From NCBI GenBank assembly GCA_900088475.1, contig FLMG01004571.1:67032-131031 (forward strand): a stretch of DNA of 64,000 bases. Reading direction: 5' to 3'. Below, piece by piece: positions 12,103-22,931 of the stretch. The first letter of the stretch is position 1. Every line of letters begins with the position of its first letter. The stretch is from Hyphochytrium catenoides (taxonomy: Eukaryota > Protista > Hyphochytriomycota). A program made the translations under genes and the position numbers. A model generated the notes under the pieces. The model saw nothing but the letters and a program-made list of their open reading frames with translations, was not told where the DNA came from and searched no databases.

Positions 12103-15100
12103 TTAGATGCCCCAGAGGCTTGGCTTCTCAGTCATTTTATTAGCGAGTTTCTGCTGCTGCTCCATCGTGTCTGTGGCGGTCTGCACCCGACCCTGAACGC
12201 GTTGAATCGTCTCGGTGCTCTCCACTATCTCCTTGTTGGCATAGTCAGCCTGAGAGCAGCCAGAACGAGAGGAGATAGTAGAGCAAGTGTGTGGGCGAGA
12301 GACAAAGAGAGAGAAAGAGAGAAAGAGAGAGAGAGAGAGCAGACAGGTGGTTAGGGAGCAGCAGCATACTAGCGCTCCAAGGCAAAGGGAAGAGGGGTAG
12401 AACCTAATGGCATGGGAGGGAAGATGAAAGATCCTGAAGGCAAAGGAGAGAAAAGCCATAGGTCTTCAGACGGGAGAAGGACGGAGATCGAAAACCTATC
12501 GATGAAGGGAGAGAGCAGTCTCGCTTGCAATGTCTCGAACTCTTTTGCTTCTCTCTTTCTCTATTCTTCGGTTTCTCTACTCTCTCTCTCTCTGCCACTG
12601 GCTCTCCCTCCTCTCTGTCTCTCCTCTTTGGTTTCTTCTTTCTTTCTCTTCGCATTTCCTATCTCTCCGCCCTAAACAAGCAGTCGGGCTCCCTGTACCA
12701 TTCTAGCTCCACCCTCTCTCCTCTCTGAGTTCTTCCCAAACACGACGTCTCAGTCAAGCTCTTCTCACCAGCTCCTTCATGTCCGAGAGGCACCTGGACA
12801 AGTTGGCAAGGTCGCTGTTCTTAGAGTTTTTTAGCTTGTTCGCGAGCTCAGGATTCTTCAGGGCCACGCGGCTGATAGCCGCCTGCTTCACCATCCCTTT
12901 ACCCTTACCAGCCTGGAGTGACATGTGAGACAGAGACCGATAAAGAGGAAGACACGTGCAGACAGACAGAGAGTGAACCAAGAGCAATAAAGAAATCAAT
13001 CCGTACGACAGAGAGAGAGAAGTTGGGAAAGCCAGAAGAGAGACACAATTGATCGCCGACGCTCAAGTTAGCAAAGTTCGAGAGCAACCTACTCCTCCTC
13101 CTCGGACTGCAATGTGAGAGGGAAGCTCCACAGTTGGTGGTGGAGAAGCTTCCACAGCAGCGCGCTTACCTTGGTCATTTCCATCTTCTGTCTCAGCAGC
13201 TGCGCCTTCTTCCTCTTGGCCCACTCCACATTGCTGCTGAAGTGATGGGTTAGAGGATGCGCCATCTGCTGAAGAATGTTGCCGCTTTCCTCTTGAATCT
13301 TCTCAATATCGTCGAGGTCCTGGTTGATCTTCTCCAGTTGCTCTATAGCGGCCCGGAAGAGATTAAGGGATGGTGCAATAAAGCGCGGGACAAAGAGAGA
13401 AGACGGGAGAAGTTAGAAGCGAAGAGCGAAATACTCCTCTAGCTCTAGACCGATGGGTCTTATGCTGCTCTCTGCTGTTGCCGCTTCTCCTTCCCAGCTA
13501 GGTCCCCTATTTTCGTTACAGTTTGGCTTCTGTCTGTGTGTCTCTCTCTCTCACTCGCTCGCTCTGGGCACGCGCTCTCCCGCTCTCTGACGCCTGTCAT
13601 CTCTGTTTCTCTCGTCCGCTCTCTTTCGTCATGTTGCCCCTTCTGTGTCACTCTTCTATGACTTGCTTCCTCAACTCCCACCTCTATTCCTATCTAACTC
13701 TGCGTTCGTCGACTTCATGATCGCGGAAGTTTTCTCTCCTACTGCCAAGGCCTTTGCAATGTTATTGTCGAAGGTCTTTACATTCTTCTTCAGTTCAGCC
13801 TGCAAACATTCATGCGGCGAGACGACAGAAGATGGTTAGGTTTGGCGGAGGTAATGGCATCTGCAGAGAACAGTGAAACAAGTATGTGGGAACTAGATCG
13901 TAGAGGCCAGCAGAACCGATAACGAGGATTAGAGTACCTGCTCTTGAGCTTTGGCACTTGAGGCCAAGAGACCTCCATCGTCAGCCGCACCAGGCCCTCC
14001 AGAGTCTCGCCGATGCACTGTTGACCGCAGGAGAGGCAGTAGAAGAAAAAGGGAGAAGAAAGTTAGGTTCTTCTCTTCACATCTTTGTCTTCGACTCTAT
14101 CGCTGACCGATGGTCTGTTCTCCTACTTACATTCTCTAGCCTCTGTTGCGGTGGAAGTGTCCGCCCTCAAAGCCTGAAGCCATTTCAGTTGCTGGCCCTT
14201 GTCATCCAGATAAGCAGCTGTCTCCACCTTAGACTCATTAAGCTTGTGACCTGGCAGGGAGCGCAGAGACACGATTGAATTAGTCATTGAAGAGGTGGCG
14301 TTTTTTGGAGGTTTTTTCAATAGCAATAGGGCAATCCGCAGAGAGTAGAGTAGGCGTCAGATGGCTGCGGGACCATAGCGCGCAGGAGATACCGCCAAAT
14401 GCCACAGAAGAAGGATGAGAGTGGCCCGAGAAGAGAAACATGAGGAGAAAGCGAAGGAAAGGCTATTTATATAGGGATAGCTCTGTCCCTGGGTGAACAA
14501 GTGCTTCACAAGGACCTGGAGGAAGCGGGGAGAAAGCAGAAGAACAAAAAGAAGAGGATAATGAAGAGAGGGAAATAAACCGAAGCAAAAGAAGGAAAGA
14601 GAGGGAAAGCGAGCTAAGTTGCCGTCAGACCATAGAACTTCAGTCCGTAAGGCTTGACGTCTTTTTTGATGATGGTGCCAGTTTCAATTTCAGTGGCCTC
14701 AACGCGGTCCAGGATGAAGGCGCCCTTTGGCGGTGCGCCTCGAGTGCAGTCTGCTTCCGTGTCCCAGTACATAAAGAGCTTTGACTCTGTCTCATACTTG
14801 CAATAACAGCGTTTCCAAGCCTTCCCCACAAGGTCATCAGCTTCAAATGGCGACGGAAGGACATATGGAGAGGTAACGAGCAGTGCAAGAATCAGTATTG
14901 GCGAGGAGGAGCTGCAGGCATACATAAAGGTAGAAGCACACTCCATTATACAAAGAGAGAGAGAGAGGGAATAGGAAGAGTAAAGCACAGGTTGAAGAGA
15001 AGATAATCGCGCAAGCCGACTGAGGCGGAACTCCCAGGCTTCCCCAGTCGAGCCCTATAGCCCTCCATGCTCTTACATTTCTTCTTCAAGTAGCCTTCAA

Positions 15101-15431
15101 AGCCATCCACTCTGGCCTGAGCTGAGCTATGCCCGTCCATCCTTCCTGACCCTTTCCTCAACTCCACTTAGATGTTAAGAAAAGCGTCCAACAGCCACGG
15201 AGCAACCTTACAGCAAAGGATGGACAGCTCAGCACTCGCTTCGACAGAATCCGTAAACTTGAGGAGCTTTCTTGAGGGCTTGGTGACTATGAGGACCAAT
15301 TGGATCGAAAGAAAGGAAATGGGCAACAAGGAAGGGATAAGAGAAAGAAGAGGGAGATTGGTATGAGGTCAACCACTCCTTGCTGTCGATGTTGGCTCCT
15401 TGCTTCTCGAGGTCTGTCTCTTCTCCATCAT
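12103..15431 (-). CDS. PH-domain protein with two t-SNARE coiled coils (SNAP-25/Sec9-like Qbc SNARE), multi-exon
   Basis: PH domain: FEGYLKKKSDDLVGKAWKRCYC...LFMYWD...PKGAFILD...QLKWLQAL. Qb-like helix: IAKALAVGEKTSAIMKSTNAELDRNREQLEKINQDLDDIEKIQEESGNILQQM. Qc-like helix: DLANLSRCLSDMKELADYANKEIVESTETIQRVQGRVQTATDTMEQQQKLANKM. No transmembrane segment. The 5'-most exons are less certain. Confidence 0.8.
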
Positions 15432-15559
15432 GAACCGTCCGTCACCCAGATCCTTTACCTATATCTAAGTTGTTAGGAGCCTTGCCTCTCCTTCCAATCG
15501 CTCTACTGGAGCTCTTTCCCTTCTGTCGTTCCTCCTCTTCAATCGTTTTTTTCAATTTG

Positions 15560-15750
15560 TACCTTACTCTCCTCTCTCTCTGTCTTTCTCTCTCTCTCCC
15601 TTTATCTCTCTCTCTTTCTCTCCCTCCCTCTCTCACTCTCTTTTCTCTCTCGCTCTCTCGCTCTTCATCTCTTTGTCTTTCTCTTTCTCTCCCTCTCTTG
15701 CTCTCTCTCTCTCTTGCTTTCTCTCTCTTTCTCTCTCGCTCTCTCTCACT
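15560..15750. repeat. (CT)n microsatellite
   Basis: Visible tract. Confidence 0.9.
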
Positions 15751-16453
15751 TGTCATGAGGAGTAGCAGCTTCATTGATGATGAGGCGTTACAGCAGCTCC
15801 AATTCCTTCACTTCTGATAGCGGCTAACGCTACGCAGACGCCTGTTGGGAGCATACTACTACATACGCACATAAGGACGAGCCTTTGACCAGTAGAGTCC
15901 TTGTTCTCCCACAACAGCAGCAGGAAAGGATCAAGAGGTCATGGTCCAGGCTGATCACTGACCACTCTCTGAAGGATCTCAAGCACAAGGACATCGTAGT
16001 TCAGCACAGCCTCTGCAGTTGGGGAGGACCGAGAGTCCTTCGTCCGTTGCCTTCTTCTTCTTCGTTCGGTCTGTCATTTATTGACTTCCTCTCCGTCGTC
16101 TTGGACATTGTTATGGGAAGTGTTGAGTTCGCACTTGACAAACAGCAACGTTGGTCGTAAGTAGTGGTCTTTCTAACTGCTGGGGCCGTGATAACGTTAC
16201 TTCCTTGATCATACGACGCCTGCTATCCGCTCGTCAGCCATCCCACTTGCCCTTGGTGGTCGCAATAACGAGAAGAGGAGTACTAACGAGAGGAGGAGTA
16301 CGATCATACAAGGAAGGAGGACCAGTTAAATTATATATAGCTAACGTCATTAACCCTCTCGGCGTGGAACAACAAAAGAACCAGCCTGTTGGTATCATCG
16401 CCCCACATTGCATCAGAAGTTTCTTGGACGAGCGAAAAAAAGGAACATCGAAC

Positions 16454-17044
16454 ATGCAAACGCGTAACCAGAACAGTGGACGATCATCAAGTTCACCACC
16501 AGCCCCCAAGGAGACTTCCATCGGGATCCTAGCCATCAATGGCAACGGCGATTTCTTGGTCATTCAGCAGACGCACGGACACCATTGGACTTTCTCCAAG
16601 GGTCATCCCAAGCGTTCAGAAGTAGAGATCCAGACAGCTCTGCGTGAGCTCAAGGAGGAGACCGGACTTACAGTCAAAAGCTTTCTCTGGGTCGACGAGA
16701 AGAACCACCCACAGTTTATCCCTCATCACGAAGCCAAGCCGCAAATTCATGAGAGCCAAGCCGGCGAATGCTTGCCAAGGCATCCGCTCATAAGACTTAG
16801 CCAGCAGTATCTAGTCACGAAGAGACGGAGCACTCACATGAAGCAAAACCATTTTTTTGTTGCCATCGTTAATGATGACCCAGTGCGCCTTCAGCCAAAA
16901 GAAGTGAAGGATCACAAGTGGCTGCCAGCAGCAGAAGCTGAGGCACAGCTCACATTCGAAGAGGACCGTTCTCTGCTGCGCGAGACCACGGCGATCATCG
17001 ACAGGCTTCCCACAGCCTCAAGGACAGCTTCAGCTTCAGAATAA
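16454..17044 (+). CDS. NUDIX hydrolase, Ap4A hydrolase (NUDT2)-like, intronless
   Basis: Complete Nudix box in HWTFSKGHPKRSEVEIQTALRELKEETGL, with C-terminal EVKDHKWL...AQLTF. First ATG at 16454. Confidence 0.9.
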   Translation: MQTRNQNSGRSSSSPPAPKETSIGILAINGNGDFLVIQQTHGHHWTFSKGHPKRSEVEIQTALRELKEETGLTVKSFLWVDEKNHPQFIPHHEAKPQIHESQAGECLPRHPLIRLSQQYLVTKRRSTHMKQNHFFVAIVNDDPVRLQPKEVKDHKWLPAAEAEAQLTFEEDRSLLRETTAIIDRLPTASRTASASE

Positions 17045-17595
17045 CCAGGAACTGACTCCATCAGTCCAAAACGTGCTGCTGCTTGAAATTTTGTACCTGA
17101 AACCTTTCCCCCGGGTGAGGTATTAATGCGGAAAACTTGAATAGCATGGAATTTACAAAGGCTTTCCTGGAAAAGGTTTCTTTCGGTTTTTTGGGAATAC
17201 TTCACAATAAATTGCACGCAGACCCTCATTTTATCTACCAATGAACAAGGGACTCGCCTCGTTAGGACTGAATCTCACGACCATGATGCCCGCCTTCCAT
17301 TGTTTACTATACAACTAGTTCCTATTGTTACGTTTTAGCACAGACTGAAGGACAGTCATTACAGTAGGTTGTTCCCAGCTATCCACATAATGGAATGGCT
17401 GTCAGATAAGGTTCCAGGAGTGATTGTCCTTGTGCGCCGCTGGGTGGAAGAACTTCATCTGCGGCTGCCGCGCCGCGTTATTAGCGCTCACTCTTCCATT
17501 TCCATCAACATCTCGCAGTGCTTTGGAGCTCTGCGATCGGCTGAGGGCTCTAGGAGGCCAGCTAGACAGACCCGGTGTCACAGAGCTGAACGCCT

Positions 17596-18552
17596 GTGGT
17601 TACCGCTGCAGGCGTTCTCAAGCAACAAGACTCGATTTACTACTTCCTAGGTGACGACAATTCTGTCTTTCACCATGCAGTCCGCCGTAGCGAAGAACCT
17701 CAACCACTTCAACCTAGTGATGAACTGCTACAGCAGCTCGTCATAGACTCGTGGCCACATGAGTGCGAGGTTCCCCTGGTGGAACTAAGCCCTCATGTGG
17801 CCCTCGAAGGGGATCTGACAAGTCCATCCTTCGATGCCTCGGCAGAGTCTAATCTTGTCTATGTGGGTTATGGAGCAGGTACGGAGGGGGAGAGTTCTCT
17901 GGTCTTGGAGAGCTGCGCAGCCGTAGTAGGTGACGTATTGTCGGATGCGGCGATGAGCGGGGAGGTGGATCTAATGCAAGAAGAAGCACTTGAAGGTCTT
18001 TGTGAGCTGGTGGATCCTTTCGTTCAAGAGTTTGGTCCTGAAGGCGCTGAGGACGGCGTGTTGGTTGATGAGGCACATGCACTTTTCTGTGATCTAATTG
18101 AGGAGCCATGCCAGGCTCAAGTGGAGAAAGAGCTTGTGTCCGGAGATGAGATGGACCGTCTGGACGCTGCGAATGTTGACGCAGTCTGTCTTTTCATGGA
18201 AGGGAACAACTGCCGTGCAGAGGAAGACCCTGAATGTCAGACGTTGATTCAATCGTTGGAAGTAGACACGAAGGAGAAAAAGAAATGGCTAAAGCGTTTC
18301 CAGATTCCTGCTGCTCGATCTGTACGGATGGAGGGGATGCCAGGCTTGGAAGTGCCTTCTCCTTCTGGAGCGCCGTCGTTGTCTAGGAGGGAAAGGGTAG
18401 AGAGGTATCTGAGGAAACGCAGAGAGAGAAGAGGACGTTCCTCTTACTCTATGCCTTCTTCGCGACAGAAATCTGCTTTCAGGCGGCCAAGGATAAATGG
18501 ACGGTTCACGGATGCCAAAGAGTTTATCTGCATCGATAGCTTAAGTTCTTAA
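17596..18552 (+). CDS. CCT-motif protein with an acidic N-terminal region (5' end probably in upstream exons)
   Basis: C-terminal RRERVERYLRKRRER...SRQKSAFRRPRINGRF matches the CCT (CONSTANS/COL/TOC1) pattern. Confidence 0.75.
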   Translation: MVTAAGVLKQQDSIYYFLGDDNSVFHHAVRRSEEPQPLQPSDELLQQLVIDSWPHECEVPLVELSPHVALEGDLTSPSFDASAESNLVYVGYGAGTEGESSLVLESCAAVVGDVLSDAAMSGEVDLMQEEALEGLCELVDPFVQEFGPEGAEDGVLVDEAHALFCDLIEEPCQAQVEKELVSGDEMDRLDAANVDAVCLFMEGNNCRAEEDPECQTLIQSLEVDTKEKKKWLKRFQIPAARSVRMEGMPGLEVPSPSGAPSLSRRERVERYLRKRRERRGRSSYSMPSSRQKSAFRRPRINGRFTDAKEFICIDSLSS

Positions 18553-18985
18553 GCTGCTGCAGGCCTTTAAGGCCAGGTTCAATGAGTTTCTCCTTTTCGC
18601 ACTTCTTCAAGCCCACATAATAAATGTTAGTTATTGTCAAGACTCTCCATCGTGTTAACGAGTCCATACTCTGGTTCTGCGGAAGGAGGGAAGCTTCTTA
18701 TATGTTTTATTAGAGGTCGGGTTAGCCTAAGGTCACTTAGTCCCAGTTTGTTGCTTGAGACCATCCATTGCCAGCTGCGTCATTAATGGATCTTCGCTCT
18801 GGCACTTGGGCACCTTGCGTTCTCTCGTTTGGTTCAATTTAGGTTGTCAGCGTGAGACCATGCATAGCATGCCGCCCCATCAGGCTCTTTGCAAGTCGTC
18901 AGCTCCTTCCTGTTAACGCCACCATCCGTCACTTATTATCAGCTGCCTAACTGCTCTTCTTTCTCATGCTCTCCTCCTTTTATAA

Positions 18986-20810
18986 TTAGGAAGTGATCTG
19001 CTTGATTCCAAGCTCCCGCTCATAGAACTCTGCGGTAAACTTATCACAAGAGGTAAGCTCGAGCTGTCTTCCGTAGACAAAGACAGAAGTGCCACAGCGC
19101 AGATCTTCTTTAGAGACAAAGTCCATGACTGGTCGTTCTCTCCCACGAGGTGTCTCGTGCCCTGACGGTATAAGAAGTGAATCCTTTGGAAGCCGCTGCC
19201 TCTTCAGCAGGAGAGGAAAATGGTCCTTTCCATCGTTTTTCTGTCTCCTCTCTGCCACCTCAATAGTGTCATCACCTAAGAAGTAATGCAGACGATAGTG
19301 TTGGTAAGCTCCCTTCTTTGTTCCGTCTGCGGCAATGGTCCCCGCCGTGTTATCCTGGCAATCGCGTTCGACATGCCCGTCCTTTCTTTCCCAGTGTACG
19401 CAGTCGAAGGCGAGGACCTGGTTCTCATATTTGATGTACTTCTTCAGCTTCAAGCTCTGGGACGAGGAGGACGACGAAGAGATAGAGATTCCGTCGTTAG
19501 CCGCTTTGGCACTTCTCCTGGGGTCCATTGTGTCTCTCTCTCTTTTCCTTCCTTCTTCGTAGCTATCCAAAGGACATTCTTTGGCCTCCGACATTATTAA
19601 GCCCATCTTCTCCTTCATAAAGCTCCGGGTCTTAGGGTCGCAATCATAAATGTGAACCAGCAGGGAGGAGGACGGGGAACTAAGAGCTGAAGAAGAAGGA
19701 GAGAGGTCAATGCTCTTTCCTATAAGTAGATCCTCCGGGCAAAGAAGACCCTGTGGAGAAAGCAGCTGCGACCGCTTAAGAAATGCTCCTTGGAGAAGTC
19801 CACTGTTCTCCGTCTTGGGCTCTGTAATACTTACAGATCTGTCTTCCAGGTGATAGCGCACCACGAGCTTTCGAACTCTTCTTTCTCCTCTTGTTGAGCT
19901 CTCTTTCCCTTTGGTCCTGGCTCTGTCAGTCAGTTTCCTTACACCGACCTCTCTTCCGCGCTCCTCTTCTCCTAATAGCTCTATGGTGTAGGCGTGAAAA
20001 GATAGGACTTTGCCCCCGTTCTCCAACCAATCTGAAGGCTTCACTTTGACCCTGTGATTCGCTGGCCGAACAGGAAGAGCTGGACCATTCGCTTCCTCGC
20101 GGGCTTCCTCGCTCTCTCTGCTTCTTCCTAGCGTTTCATCCCTCTTTGCTGCGTAATTAGATTCATGTTCATGCCTTCCCTCTCGCTCTTCCTCTAGGGC
20201 AGGGCTCACCAAACCTTGCCCCTTCCGCTGAGGGGAGGAAGATTCGGGCTTGTGGATTGAGGAGGACACTGAAGAAGATACGGCTGGAAGACAAGGAGAA
20301 GAACTGATAACTGAGAGGCCACATCCTAGGTAATGTTCCCCAAGCCTTAAATCTTCCAGTTCCTTGTAGATTAGGTTTTTCTTCCTGTTGTCGGTTGGTC
20401 CTTTCTGTCGGTCTTCCCCTCTTTCCTTATTCACGACCTCTTCTTCCAGTTTCTTTGGTGCATTATTCAGGTTGGGCAGTGCAGATGATGTTGTGGCCTT
20501 TCGCTTCTCCCGCTGCTCCACAGCCTTGTCGAGATATAGCGGCTGTGAGGAGTATCTTGATTTCCCTATGTCCTGCAGGAGGTCCGAATGGCCACGGCGG
20601 AGAGAAGGCAGACGGGGACATAAGGCCCAGAAACCAGGTGTAATTTGGTCATTAGAAACAACGAGTAGACAAAGAGAGAAGAGACGAAGCGCCTGAAAGA
20701 GGAGAGAAGCTTACCTCTAACACTGGCATCACATGTCTTGTCAGGCCAGGAAGTAGAGGGAGTTTGACTTTGTCTCTAGGAAGAGTTCCTTCTCTCCTCT
20801 CCATCGTCAT
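18986..20810 (-). CDS. EFHC1/RIB72-like DM10-domain protein with two DM10 domains
   Basis: Exon 1 (20810-~20714) contains LPLLPG; exon 2 is 20572-18986. DM10-1: KVLSFHAY...VRYHLEDRSVSITEPKTENSGLLQGAFLKR...IYDCDPKTRSF. DM10-2: QVLAF...LHYFLGDDTIEV...NDGKDHFPLLLKRQRLPK...VYGRQLELTSCDKFTAEFY. Confidence 0.88.
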
Positions 20811-22931
20811 AGTAGTACTGAGAGCGTGTTGCTAATAAGAAAGAAGCACTATTGGATGCACGGAGGCCTCACGGAGCGATCTCAGCTGATCCCGCTAGGA
20901 TCTTGAAGACGACCAGGATCTAGGCGCCACCAGTAGTAGGAGAAAGACAAGAGTGATAAAACGGCAATAAGGAGATGGGCTAAAGAGGAGGATGATGCAG
21001 TTAGAATAAGAGCCTTCTTCTCTTCTCTTCTGGCAGAGACCAACTCGCGAGAGACTGGGGAATGTAACAAAGCTATGGCTATAATGGGGCTCAACTGCTC
21101 ATCGTTGGTCCTCCCGCTCCTCCTTTTCTTGTCATGCTCCTCAGTCCTGCTCTCTCTCTCTAAGCCGCTACCAGTTATCCCTCTCTTGCACTATCTGGTA
21201 CTTTCACTAGTAAGGTTCGTAATGATAGGAGAGCCAGGCCTGCAGCAGCCTTTGACGAAATTCTTCTGCTCTTAGGTTATCCTTATTTACTATATTCTAT
21301 GCAGCTTGTCTACTAGAGGAGGGCTGCTGCCCGAGGCCCAGACTGCGGGGAGCCTGGTAAGAGGGAGGGAGGGCGCAGGAAAGAGAGCCAGAGAAGACGG
21401 ATATGATAGGAAAAGAGATCATGACTAGAAGAGAGAGAAGAGTCAGAGGACGGTGACAGAACAGAAGAGCACCAGAAGATAGAAGAGACACTACCAATAA
21501 CTCAAGAGGCAGGAGGTAGGCCGCAGAAAGACAAAAGGAGCCAACCCTCTATGCACTCGCCACTACTCTTCACATCCTAAGCAATAGGTTGAGCCGGAGA
21601 CTAAAAGCCAGGAAGGACAAGGACGTAATAGATCATCATAATCAGGATGCACGTTAGACCCCCTTCTTCTGGCAAATCGATAGAGCTATAGATAGACAAT
21701 AGGGGAAAAAGAGACAAGATGGGCAAAGTAACCACCTGTACAATGGAGCGAGGTCTATAGCAGAGTGGAAGCAGCGAGGAGTCGGAGGAGAGAATGATCA
21801 TTTGGACAGAAGATACGGAGTAACGCAGCAGCTATAATGCGGATGGAGAGGACAGAGGAGGCAGTAAGTAGAACATAGGAGGAACACGGATAAGAACACA
21901 GCAACGCGTCAGCCGAAGAGAACGATGGGGACTGAGAGAAATGGAGGAGGCGGAGAAGAAGTGGCACGTTTTGTGATGAAGAATGAGATGAACATGATGG
22001 GCAAGGGCTGAAGCTGCTTGTTCTGGACTGTTCTCTACCATCATCAGATCTTCTCCTCTTTCATCACAAGAGCCAGCAGGCAGCGAGCCATCTCTTCCGC
22101 TCCTCCTGCTACGAGTAGTACCTTCCTCTCTGCCCGCTGCAGCTAGCGCTAGCTCCGTCCGCTAGCTGCCGCCGCCGATCTTCTTCCTTGTTTCTTGTTT
22201 GATCCCTCGTCGCCTTTGTCTTGGTGCTGCTGCCTCCTCCTCCTCCTCCTCCTTATGCTCCTGCTGCTGCCGAAGAAACGCACACACAGCCCCAACCGTT
22301 TCTTCCCTCTAAAAGCCGTTAGCGGCAATAAAACGACGCACAGAGTTATTAGTTTTGGAGACTTTCGTGCAGAGCCGAAACTAGGCCCTATAGCTTTTAC
22401 TTTTCATGACAGTGAGTTTGTGAGCAGTGCCTGGTCTTTTTCGGATGCGGATCTGTACGAGTAAAACATGGTGTTTCTGACACCGAAGATAAGAAATGAA
22501 TTCTGAGCACGAAAGTAGGCAGACACGGTATGATTGGACCCAAAGCAGGAGTTAGATAACCCGTATTTTCGGGTCTATAAGAACCGTGTGCCGCCGTCAA
22601 GGGTCCAGTGCCGGCCGCTCCATCGTCGGCGCGACTCAGATATTGCTGTCGCTGCTCTCGTTGCTCTCAAGTTATAAAGACTCTAGTCCGCTCTTCGCAG
22701 CTCTGGAGATCTTCCCAGTGCGAAGCTTGGTGTTCATAAGACGCAGGGTTAGTGTCCATTGTGTTGGGACGACACCACCGGGGAAGGTTTTTTTTTGCGG
22801 TGCGCAGCAGGTGGAATTAAGAGGCAGAAGTGGGAGCTCGTCTTCAATAGGAAATAAACGCTTCCCAGCCTGAGGCTGACTGAAGACACACGCTATAAGA
22901 AAAGTTCAGGGTGCCCCGTAGATAAAAGAGA

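Noticed and set aside
20882-22044. Chain of hydrophobic minus-strand ORFs resembling a membrane protein or a stop-readthrough gene
   Set aside because: The segments are in different frames with stops in all frames, and the hydrophobicity follows from CT-rich composition. Confident genes in the window end in TAA, TAG and TGA, so there is no evidence for an alternative genetic code.
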